From: Felis catus
Lineage: Eukaryota
Assembly: GCF_018350175.1 (NCBI RefSeq)
Contig: NC_058369.1
Span: 13,826,001-13,890,000, forward strand
Direction: 5' to 3'
Length of the DNA stretch: 64,000 bases
Positions 32,501-56,830 of this stretch are shown here, piece after piece (within the stretch, counting starts at the first letter, position 1; each line of letters opens with the position of its first letter). The notes beneath the pieces are model-generated. The model ran no database searches. It was not told the DNA's origin and was given only the letters and a program-made list of their open reading frames with translations. Both the position numbers and the translations under genes were made by a program.

Positions 32501-33601
32501 CCCAGGTCTGGCTTCTGGAAGGTCACCTCAGGGGCTGACACTGAGCCCAGGTCCTGGTGGGCTGTAGATCTAGAGAGACTTGGAGCAGGGGGCAGGGGCA
32601 TGGGTGCTTGGCTGGTCTTGGCAATCTGTAGGGCAGGTGCTGGGACTAGGATCCCCTCCCTGGGGGAGGTTACACAGGGGAATGTGGATAAGAACAATGA
32701 CAGTCCTTGCCCAAGTGGATGTAGTGTAGCTCTATGAGCTAGGCTCTTACCTGCAACCACCCATGAGAGTGGGGGCTGTGAGTATCCCATTTCATACAGG
32801 GGGAAACTGTAGCCCTAAGGAGCAGTGACTTCTCAGAGGAAGTGCAGCACCCCCTATGCTGACTCTCAGTTTACCCCCTCTGCCAAACGGGCCAACATCT
32901 CCCTACCTCAGGGCTGCTAACAACCATAGGCACAAAGGCAGTGCTGTCGGGTACCTGATTGCCTTAGTCAGTAGAGCATGCGGCTCTTGATCTTGGGGTT
33001 TGAATTCAAGCCCCCTGTTGAATGTAGTGCTTGCTTCAAAAACAACAAAAACCAAACAAGGCAATGCTATCATCAGGCCTGCTTTGTTTATAGAGCAGAA
33101 TGCTCAAGGGTAGTGAGAGGCTTGGCCCTGGCAACACAGGAGGGCAGAGCTAGGCTCAGGCCTGTGTTGGCCTGACTCCCGAGAACCTGGGTCCTTATAC
33201 CCTGAAGGGAAACCTCTCCTCTGCCTGGGCCTCAGTTTCCTCCTCTGTAAAATGGGCCAAGTTAGGCCCCACGGGGTGGCAGGGGAGCTGTTAGGGGTCA
33301 TAGGCCCAGTGAATCCCTCATCACGGTGCCCGCCACAGTGACTAAGCCAACTCCTGGCCTCCTTCCCCCAGACATCCCAGAAGCATCCCTCCTGGAGGAC
33401 GAGGATGAAGATCCCATACCACCCAGCACCACGACCACCATTGCCACCTCAGAACAGAGCACGGGCTCATGTGACACCAGCCCTGACACTGTCTCACCCT
33501 CCCTCAGTCCTGGCTTCGAGGACCTTTCCCATGTCCGGTCCAGCTCTCCTGCCATCAATGGCCGCAGCCAGACGGACGATGAGGAGACACCGGGGGAGTA
33601 A
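29593..33601 (+). CDS. KXD1: KxDL motif-containing protein 1 (BORC subunit), 176 aa
   Basis: Exons 29593-29693, 30646-30798, 32386-32432, 33372-33601 (531 nt, GT-AG, in frame): [20 protein letters not shown]...[30 protein letters not shown]...[10 protein letters not shown]. KxDL motif appears as KRDL. Confidence 0.96.
31639..31848 (-). mobile_element. Can-SINE in KXD1 intron 3 with 17-bp TSD
   Basis: GGTGACTTCATTACTTT at 31622-31638 and 31849-31865. Confidence 0.92.
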
Positions 33602-34322
33602 CCCTACTCGCTGGCGCCCCGAGGGGTCTCAGGGAAGTGGCAGCTCTCCCCAGGTGTCTGAGGTGGCAGTACGTAGCCCTGCCCGGAGATCAACAGCTTT
33701 GCCACCCTGTTCTGTCACCCAGGGCTCCTGGGGGACAAGACTCCCTCCAGGGGTGTGGAGTTCCTGGGGGGGTCTATCATTCCCAATTCCTCCTCACTGA
33801 GAACATCTGTCTTCTGCAGACCCCTCTGCCAGGCCAGGGGATGACCAGCTCAGCTGGAGTTATGGGCTGGGCATAAGGGAGCTTTTCCAGAGCCAGGCTT
33901 GAGGTCTGCTCTAAACATTTAAAGGCTCCCAGACACCAGAGCCAGAAGGCCCCTGCCCCGATGCCCTGGTCAAGACCACCTCAAAGTGGATCAGCACTGT
34001 CATGTCTCAGTTCACCCCAACCCATCCCTGCACCTACTAATTCTGGTTTCCCTGCCCTTTCCTCCAACAAAAGTATTGAATGCTGTCTCCAGTTGGTATG
34101 TCAAGGAGGCTTCTGAGACAGTTGTAGGAGGCTCAAGATGGAGGCGGGCCGTTCAGCTGCAAGCCTGATGAGGTCTGTGTTTCTCTGGCCAGAGGTGTGA
34201 ACCCTCAGGGCCCAGCAGGCCCCTCCCAGGACCTCCATGGAGCAAGCTGAGCCACCTTGGAAAACAGAGTTAAACGGAATATTTTTGTACCCGATGTTTA
34301 CAGATGCTGTTGGGAAGTTATC

Positions 34323-34328
34323 AATAAA
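34323..34328 (+). terminator. Polyadenylation signal of KXD1
   Basis: AATAAA ~720 nt after the stop, with an upstream TGTA element. Confidence 0.78.
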
Positions 34329-35169
34329 AAGACTCTGTTACTAAAAAGGGAAGGGTGTACTTAGCGGTGGCTTCCTTCCATCCTTGGGCCCAGGATGCCA
34401 TAAGGGGGATAAGTGCAGGACGTGAGACAGGAGGGGCATATGGACGGCCAGGCACCACTGAGGTAGAGACGTGGCTGCTCTTGGTGGCAGTGTCCAGTGG
34501 TAGCAACCGTAATAACCCAAGTTCCTATCACTATGTACTCACACGTGCCGGTTCCCTTCTCTCTGAGTAACTTCTCCAGATCGGTCTCAGGATGGACTCC
34601 TCAGGGAGGCAGGCCGGGTCCCTTTCCCCATTAGACACTGTGTAGAGTTCCCTGTAGAGTTCTTTTAAGCACTTAAAAATTACGTTATTAAAGACATCTT
34701 CCTAGATCCAAGAGTGTGTGCTTTTGCCTGTTAATAGGGGGCGCTGGTAAGTGTTCAAGGAAATAAAGAGGAACCCTGCCAAACCTACACGTAACTTCTC
34801 AGTCCTCACCCTTCCCGTTCCTGGCACTGTTTAGCCATCCACGACTCCTTGGTCCTAACAGAAGTCCTCTTTGGCCCCAAACTGACCCTGGGTCGCAACC
34901 CATTTTGAGTGAGTGCATCAGCTTCACCTTCCCTCACTGCTGTGATAGGCGCCGCCTTGAAATTCCTCCAGGCACAGCGGCTAGAAAGTTTTCAAATATC
35001 TAACTCCTTGGTGATAGGTGGATCCCGAGGGTTCGGGCACGTCCCACCCCTGTGCCGCCTACCACCTTCCCGTCCTGAGCCCTGAGTCCCGGACCCGTTG
35101 ACCCTCTGCTTAATTCCTTCGCTTTAGCACAAATTGTCTCCTCTACTCTTGTCAACAAGCATTCCCCGA

Positions 35170-35720
35170 GTGACCGTTACGTGCAGTTTTTAGCCAACTG
35201 AGAGACAACCTGGAAAGGTGAGGCCGTCCCCTCACGTGCCCTGGAGGACAGGGGAATGCACCCGGAAGCGGGTTGGTGACACTCGCCCACGGGGGCTGCG
35301 GCTTCGTTAGCCCGCACCCAATACGGCGGCGGGGCGGGGCCGGGGGTGGGGCACGATGCGCGGCGCGGATTGTGACGCAAGCGCGCAGCGTGCTCGGTGC
35401 GCAGGCGCTCTCGGCGGCAACTCGGCGGTTTCCGGTCCGTCGCCCTCTTTCTCTTCAACGAGGTTCCCGAGCGGTTTGGTGGCAGCGGCGTTGCGGGTTC
35501 GCTCCAGACCGGGGTCGGGCGGGAGGCTGTGGGAGGCCGCGGGCGTCCCGGTGGCGGAAGGGACAGCCCGGAACCCGTCCACGCGGGCCAGGTTCGGCAG
35601 GGCGGCCCGGTCGGCTAAGTTGGGCGCGTGGAGCCGAGGTTCCCAGCCGGGACTGGGCCCCGGGTGGCGAACGGGTCTTTGGGAGAGGAGCCTATGCGCC
35701 CCTCCGGCCCAAGCTATCCC
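35170..35720 (+). promoter_or_regulatory. UBA52 CpG-island promoter with TCT/5'TOP start
   Basis: ETS CCGGAAG, CCAAT, GC boxes and TGACGCAA, then pyrimidine tract CCCTCTTTCTCTTC (35443-35456), typical of ribosomal-protein gene starts. Confidence 0.85.
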
Positions 35721-36589
35721 AGGAGGCCTGGGGGCGTGGATGAACTTTCTGGGCAAGGGGGAGGGGGTACTAAGCGCAAGTTTTTTTGTGTTTGTTTGTT
35801 TGTTTGGTGTCCTACAATGCGCCAAACCTTTTGAAAATATTAAGTCCTTTTCCCCTCCCACAGGGTGATTCACTACTTGCCTTCTCTCATATATCTGTAA
35901 GGAGAGGGTGGTAGCATCCTCCTTACAAGGTTTTTTTTTTGGGGGGGGGGAGATGAAATATGTGTAAACAAGTACCTGACACGTGCTTGGCAGGCACTGT
36001 TTATGGGTTGGAGCAAAGGCAAGAAGTGTGGGCGAGTTTGGGTATAACTTAGAGGGAAGCCAGGGTGTCGGATGTCGGAGCTTGGAGTTGGAGAGAACTG
36101 CCACCGAGGAAAGTGTGTGGGAGGAGTGGCTGCCAAAAGGGGATTCCCATTCAGGTTGCTGGAAGGGCTGCTTGTGGAGCAAATGCGGCTTACAGAGGGG
36201 TAGGGAAGGGAGGGAGGATGGGACCTCCCGGCCACCCTCGAAGAAAATGTGCCTGACCAAATGGTGCCCCGGCTACGTACTTCTCATTCCGTCTTCAACG
36301 TTGCCAGAATTTCATTTGCTGGGCCCAAGGAGGATAACCACTATCTTTGCTCCCATGAAGCACACTTTGCCACAGGGGTCCAGGGGTAAGGTGCGGAAAG
36401 CACAATCCTTGATTATAGGATATTTGGGCTGTAGCCTCAGAGAGGTGGAAGGAAACAGGCGCTGGGATGGGCCTGTACTTGTGGTTGATACTGGCACGGG
36501 GGCTGGCCAGCCCCTGAGCTCAAGCTGCTCAGACCTGCGGTTCTTAACCTCTTCATCCTACTCCTCCCCACCCTCCAGCAGTCGCAGAG

Positions 36590-38537
<1,948 letters not shown>

Positions 38538-38606
38538 GGCCCCTCCACCGGCTCTTCTTTGCCTGCAGGACGGCCTCCTGCCCAAGCCCCAAGGCCCTGG
38601 GGCCTC

Positions 38607-38612
38607 AATAAA
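38607..38612 (+). terminator. Polyadenylation signal of UBA52
   Basis: AATAAA 70 nt after the stop, with GT-rich sequence downstream. Confidence 0.88.
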
Positions 38613-39600
38613 GTTTCCCTTTCATTGACTGGAGCAGTAACTGGTGTCTGCATGGCTGGTGTGTCCAAGGAGGAGCTGGCTGAGCTGTGGGCATCTCCCG
38701 GAGGGACTCCATCACTTGATTCTGCACAGCCCTCGAGAGTCCCGTGTCTTTGGGTTTTGATTGTCTCAGTTATAAAATGTGCCGTGGTCCCTGCCCTTCA
38801 CATCTAACAGGGTTTTTCACAGCCACAGTGCACCCAGGTTTCAGTCTCGGCCCTCTGCCACATACCCTCATGAACCTGCCTGTCTGCATTTTGTCATCCT
38901 TAATGAAGACTCCCCCAACCCCCCCCAAGCCCAGGCTCTTGCCAGACTGCAGGTCAGCCATGTCACTGCCTGGGCCCTACTCAGACACTCGGATGACTTC
39001 ATGCCTGTGCCCTGGAGGTGTCCAGGTGTGGGTGGGTAGACAAAAACTGCACCTAGTGTAAAACATGTTCTCCGTTGGCTGAATATGAGGAGCACCTGGG
39101 CCCACCTAAGCCCTCTAACCTCAGTCTTGGAGGGGCAGGCCTTGGTGTTTATAAAACTTGTGCTGATGCTCCTGAGAATCAGGTGAGCTTCGGAGTGCCC
39201 TGGACTGGTCCCGGTAAGGCCATGCTTTTATTTGTCTTGAGATGACTGGGGCTTTGTGTCAGGTGACAACCCAGGCCTGGACAGTGACTCAGATCTGGAG
39301 TACCAGCTAAAGGCTAATGTCTCTGTTGTTTCATGGGTTTCAACCCTGTTAACTGCTGGCCCCTGCTTCCTAGGCTAGGCTACCAACATCTACTTACCCC
39401 TGGAGAAAGAAGCTTCCCAAAGCTCAAACAAGGTAGTGTATCCCCAGCAGAAAGCTCCAATGCCTCCCGTGCACTTAAAACGAAGCCCTGCTGGCCTCAC
39501 CCCTACCCCAGACTCTGGGCCTTTGCACAGGCTCCCTTCAGCTAGCTCCTTTCTGAGGAGTGCACACAGTACCTGCCCTGCCAGATTTGTTAAACAGCTG

Positions 39601-39990
39601 GGGGCTCCTGGGTGAGTCTGTTGGTTAAGCATCCGACTCTTGGTTTCTGCTCAAGTCAAGATCTCATGGGTGAGATCAAGCCCCACATGGGGCTCTGTGC
39701 TGACAGAGCAGAGCCTACTTGGGATTCTCTCCCTCTCAAGCATTTTTTAATATGCTTTTTTTTTTTTAAATTTTAACGTTTATTTTTGAGACAGACACAG
39801 AGCATGAACAGGGGAGGGGCAGAGAGAGAGAGAGAGGGAGACACAGAATCTGAAACAGGCTCCAGGCTCTGAGCGGTCAGCACAGAGCCTGACGCGGGGC
39901 TCGAACTCATGGACCGTGAGATCATGACCTGAGCCGAAGTCGGGTGATTTAACTGACTGAGCCACCCAGGCGCCCCTCAAGCATTTTTTT
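39601..39990. mobile_element. Two Can-SINEs (+ then -)
   Basis: The minus copy is flanked by repeated CTCAAGCATTTTTT. Confidence 0.85.
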
Positions 39991-40412
39991 TTAAAAAAAG
40001 CTGCATTCCAGCCTTTGGACTCTCCAGTATTGGAACCTCTCATCAAATCCTCATGTCACAGCAATCATAGCAAAAGATCACCTCTTGGGCTCTTTTTATT
40101 TGAGTGGGAAATGGGATGGGAGTGTGAAAGATGTTGAGATAAATGTGTACAAACAAACCGAGGGATGGCCTTGTTTACAGAGCTGTACATTCTAGGACAA
40201 ACACGATAGGAAGCAGGAGCTCGACGGAGACCAACGGGGTGGATGGGGGGGTACAGGGCCTAAGACTCTGGTCTTTCCTCCATTCTTCCTCTGGATCTCC
40301 AGGTTTCCGGTTTGGCCGGCCACAGGTTGGGGTGCGGAGACCTCCGGGCCTGCAGGGGGCGCCTGGTGCAGCGGAGCGCCCTAATCTCGGGCAGGGCCGG
40401 GGCTGCGCAGTC

Positions 40413-42956
40413 ATGATCACTGCCAAGGCCTCGGCGGACTCCGCCGTCCCCTCGGTGCACGGTACTGCGGTGGCCACCGGTGTCCCGGAGCGCGAGGAGC
40501 CAGAGTGGCCCTGGGTGAGCCCGGGCCTGAGCAGGAGCAGGCGCGGGGTGGGCGGTGCAGGCTTGGGGGCGCCGGCCTCATGCCCCAGCCATGCCCCCCG
40601 CCCCGTAGAAAGATGCTCCGATCCGGGCGCTGGTGCAGCGCATCCACCAGTTGCAGGCTGAGCGCGCGCAGGCCTTCCGCCGGCTGGAGGAGTAAGTGCG
40701 GGCGCAGGGGTGGGCAGGGGTCGCAGAGTTCAGCCCCAAGCCAGCTCCGGGGATGGGCGTGCCTGGGGGCGGAGCTGGGTCCCTGAGCGGCTGTGTTGTC
40801 AGAGGTGGGGAGGGGTTCGCTGGGGGACCAGATCTTTGCTTTCCCCCGCTGGGACCCAGAGCGCGTCCCCACTGCCCGATGGGCCACTCCGCGTGGCGTC
40901 TCTCCCTTCCCCAAGCGCAGGAGTGCGCCCATCTCCGTTTACCCTGCGGGAGTCAGTGTCCTCCACACTCTGGGGTCCAAGGACCCTTCCTGGGGGACTT
41001 TCAGGTGGTCAGTGCGGGTGCAGGGCCTGAGAGCCTGGGGGCGTAGCCTCAGGACCCCCACCTGCCGCAGAGGCCACCTCCAGTACCTGCGAAGCGGCCC
41101 GCCCTACGACTTCCCCCGCTACCGGAGCACGGTGCACGAGGTGACCCAGGCCTTCGCCGCCGCCTCGCGGGAGGTGCTGGCGGTGGAGGCCGAGCTGTCT
41201 GGGCCCAGAGGGCAGCCGCTGCTCGCGAGCCACGTGCGAAGCCTGCAACAGCTGGAGCAGACGCGCCTGGCAACGGTGAGGCCCCATCCTCGGCCCCTGT
41301 CCCCTTCGCCGCGCCTGGTCTGTCGTGGCCCTCTGTGCACCTCATAGGCGACAGCCAGAATCCGGCCACCCAAACCCCAGCCCCGGCGCCCCAGACCCCA
41401 CTTCTCCCTGCCCCACCTCAATCCTCCACTAAGGTTTCACTTGGGATTCTCCCGCCCTGGCCCCTCGTAGTCCCAGGACACGCCCACTTCCCCGGAGCCC
41501 CAATGCTGTGCCCAGTGCCCGCCCCCACTACGCTCCTACCCCTTTGGCTATTCCCATAGCCTCAGGTCTGGTCCTCAACCCGGTGCATATCGGGGAGCGT
41601 GAATTTCCACAGCAGACACCCTCTTGGGTAACGCTATATATATCCCCGTCTAGGTTCTGGCCCTACTCCTCCCCTGGGTTCCAAGACCCCGCCTACTCTA
41701 CCCCTACAGCCAATCCCGACCGAGACGCACTTCCCAGGCCGAGCCCACGTGAGGCCACGCCCACATCGCTCTCTAAAGTGGGATTCCCAGGCCGCGCTGC
41801 TTTAGGAGACCCCAATCCCAGTCTAGGTGTTTGGCCCACTTCCACACGCGTCCTGGGGACTATGAGGTCCTACCTACTCCACCCCTGTCACCAATTCCTG
41901 GCTGAGCCTGTGCCGCTATGCCCATGCCACGCCTTCACGCGACCACACCCACATTGCGCCACACACTAATCTAGGGCCTGCCCACTCGATCCTTCTCGGG
42001 GGCCCTTGGAACTGACTCGCAGACTCCGTGCGTGCGAAGCACCACCCCTCGCGAAACCCTGCCATGCCCCCATCCTGTGCTGCCTTTCTGGGTGCTTCAG
42101 TGTCTCCCTGCCTGATCTGTGTGGGAGGGCGGGGGGTCCTGCCAGCTGTGACATCCTTCCCGTTGCCCACATCAGGTGGCCCTGCTGCAGCTGATGGGGA
42201 CGCCAGAGCTGACTGGGCAGGAAGACACCCTGGAGACGCACCAGCTGAAGATGAAGTGAGCGCTTACTCCCAGTGGGCTGGAGGTGTTAGATTTGCACGT
42301 GCACCTTCAGGCACCCACTCTCAGCCAGGTGTGCCCCAAGGCTGGCACAGTCATACTGGGCTGACCCTTTGGACCTGCACACAACCCTTAGGGTGTGCAC
42401 ACTGGAGTCTTACCTGGTGGTTCCCAGACATACAGCACACAGTCTCGGTGCACACACCCTACAGTTTCACACCAGACTCTCACGTTTCTGGGACACAGTT
42501 GGGCACCTCATACATGCCTATCTTGCTCACATGGCTGGACTTAGAGCTTGGACACGGTTGCCCACCAGACACGGGCCTGCACATTCCTACCTCCAGGCCC
42601 CGCAAGCACCCACGAGTGCACACTCACTCAATATCTGCTATGTGACATAGCACAACCTTCTGATGGCACCTGCTCAAGATGGCTTTTTCTCTCTGCCCAC
42701 TCGCACCCACAGGACCACCCCTTCTCCCAGGCACCCAAATGGTTCTCTTGGCCACTAGTTCTGCCTGGAACTCTGGCGGCGGGCAGGAGGGCCCGGGGCT
42801 TGCCACGGCCCCCTAGGAGCTTCGCAGTGGCAGCTAATTCGCCCCATCTGGGTTTTATTTATAGTTCCCATCCACTCTTGTAGGGTAATTAAAACCATGG
42901 AAGCGATCAGCGAGGTTCTTCAGGACCTTAGGTTTGATGCAGAATCTGCCGAGTGA
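40413..42956 (+). CDS. REX1BD: Required for excision 1-B domain-containing protein (C19orf60), 202 aa long form or 180 aa short form
   Basis: Exons 40413-40514, 40609-40691, 41005(or 41071)-41275, 42176-42255, 42884-42956 in frame: ...[32 protein letters not shown]...[25 protein letters not shown]...[23 protein letters not shown]. Lies between UBA52 and CRLF1 as expected. Confidence 0.93.
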
Positions 42957-43083
42957 TGGTGGCTCCCCAGTGACACACCAAGGGATATGGGAAATGTCCC
43001 CAAGCCTACCCCTTGACTGTCCACTGGCTGGGGTCACGCTCCACCAGGTCGCCGACTGCCCTGGAGTTTGCTGCACCTCCCAC

Positions 43084-43089
43084 AATAAA
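43084..43089 (+). terminator. Polyadenylation signal of REX1BD
   Basis: AATAAA ~130 nt after the stop, with a GT-rich downstream element. Confidence 0.82.
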
Positions 43090-43423
43090 GAACCCTTCGT
43101 CTGTAGCTGCTCCACTGTCTCTGTGTCCTGGGGGTGCTGGAGTGGGTGTCCCTGGGGAGGAGGCCCCACAAGGCCAGGGATGGCAGGTATGACTCCCCCT
43201 GCTCCTGGACAGTAGGGCTGGTGTTTTGGATCACACCCTCCAGTGAGTATAAAACGAGATATTTCACATCCTGGAGACAGAGTCTGAAATTCTGGGAGGC
43301 AAAGATTCCAAGCCCATAGGGTGGGTCATTAGGATTCCTCGTGCTTCCCCTAAACCCCACAGCCCCTACCCTGGGCCAATCGAGCCCCAAACATCTTCAC
43401 AATCAGGGCACCTAAATAGCTTG

Positions 43424-43429
43424 TTTATT
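43424..43429 (-). terminator. Polyadenylation signal of CRLF1
   Basis: TTTATT on +, ~300 nt after the CRLF1 stop. Confidence 0.78.
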
Positions 43430-43731
43430 TAAAAAGATTCTTTGCAGGGGTCCTGGATGAGGTGGGGGTGGGGGAATAATGACCCCTCTTCACCCCCAGC
43501 CCTGGCAGGGGTTCTGGGCAGCTTAGCCAATCCTCACACACACCCCCACTGGAGTTGCACCCAAGAGTGGCCTCACATGGAGGTCAAGGATGTTGTGACC
43601 CTCAGAACACCCACCCCAGCTCCTGCTGAGGGTGCTCGGTGCCCTGAGGTGAGGGTACAGAGTTAGCCCCCAGTCTGGGTGCAGCCCCCAGGTCTCCACG
43701 CAGCAGGGAGGGTGGCCCCAGTCCCTAGAGC

Positions 43732-55210
<11,479 letters not shown>

Positions 55211-55999
55211 CCGAGCGCCTCACTCCCCTCCTGTCGGTCAGCACCCGATGCAGTGCCCAAGATAGAAGGGCTCCTGGCCTCTCCGGAGGTTTAGGGGGTG
55301 CTTGAGATGAGAGTTCCAGGGACACCTCCAGCCCGGAGGTTTGAGTCTCAGCCCTGCCCCCAGCGGTGTGCCCAGAGAGAGAAAGGGCTGTAACTTCCCT
55401 TACAGAGGGGTTCCCTTAGAGGCCTGGACCCTCTCTCTCCATGTCCCTAACCATCCAGAGGGGTAAAAGCTTCTGAGCGTGGCTCAGGAGTCCTCACCTT
55501 GTTTGCTCAAAAGCTACCCTCCACTCCTGTTGCTTGGATCCCCAACTCAGACCCCAGACTGTCAGAAAAGAGGATTGGAGGACAGGATCCTGGGGGCTCT
55601 GCACACGCACATTCTGGATTCTGGGTGGGTTGATGAGAGAGCAAAGCCCTGGAGTAGTACACTGCCGTTCACTGATGCAATCAGGCCTCAGTTTTATCCT
55701 CTGTACAATGGGTAGCTCTCAGACAGCCTAAGGTCTTCTGTGAGAAAATGCATTGCTACAGAAGGTGCCACAATCTAAGCCCTTGGCACGGCCGTTGGCA
55801 CTGGCGGTATGTTCTTTTGTAGCAAAGACGGTCCCCAGGCCTCAGTTTGTCACCTCTGAAAAAGGGGGCCAGAGTTCCACCTGCCAGGTGGTCCAGATGG
55901 TTAAGAGGCATTGGCAGTTCGTCACTGGAATTGTTTGCAGGATATGCGCAACCCCTCCCCCACAATCTTTGCCCTGCAAAGTTTGACTCCCTCTAGGAG

Positions 56000-56830
56000 G
56001 ACTTAAGACTTCTCGAGTGAGATCTTGATATCCCCTCCCCCTATCTCTGCTCCTCCCCCAGTCATTCCTGGGTTTTGGGAAAAGGCTCCCCCATCCACCC
56101 AGGTGCTCAGGCCAGAGACCTGGAGGCGTGCGTGACAACTCTCTCCTTCGCTCATCCCCCACGTCCAATCCATCAGCAAATCCTTTTGGCTCTGATTCCA
56201 AAACACATCCCCATTCTGAGATTCTGACCCCTTCTCCCCACCCCATCCCGGTCCAGGCCCCACCATCTCCCTCTGGGATACTGCTCGGCCTCCTCCTGGG
56301 CTTCCCCGGTGACCCTCCTGCCCTGGTCTGCACGGCAGGCAGGAGCTTTTAAAAGAAGCAAGGCAGGTCTTCTCTGCCCAGCCACCCTATCCCCCCTCCT
56401 CTCCCTTCCTCTCCTCCACTCTCTTTTTCCCCTTCCTCTCCCTCACTTCGCTCCAGCCACTGCAGCCCTGTTTCCCCAAACACATCAGACTTGTTGCTAT
56501 CACAGGTCTTTACAGATTTGCTCTTCCATCTACAGGGATGCGATTCCTCCCAAAGCCCCCCCCACACACACACACACTTAGCACCTTATCTTCCATCAGG
56601 TCACAGGTCAAGTGTCACCTCAGAGGGCATCCCCCCCCCCCCCCGCCCTTACAAGGCACCCTTCTACCCCTTCACCTTTTCAAGTTGTCTTTGTAACACA
56701 ACTCTTTGAACATTGTCTTTCTCTTGAGACGTATTTTCTTTAGACTGTGAACGCCCTGAGAGCCATTAGGACCTCATGCTGGGCCCAGTGAGGGCCACAG
56801 GAGAAGAGCTCAATGAATATTTGCAAAATG
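56000..56830. mobile_element. L2 fragment
   Basis: CCAATCCATCAGCAAATCCT..., GCTCCAGCCACTG..., ending ...CTCAATGAATATTTG as in L2 3' ends. Confidence 0.6.
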
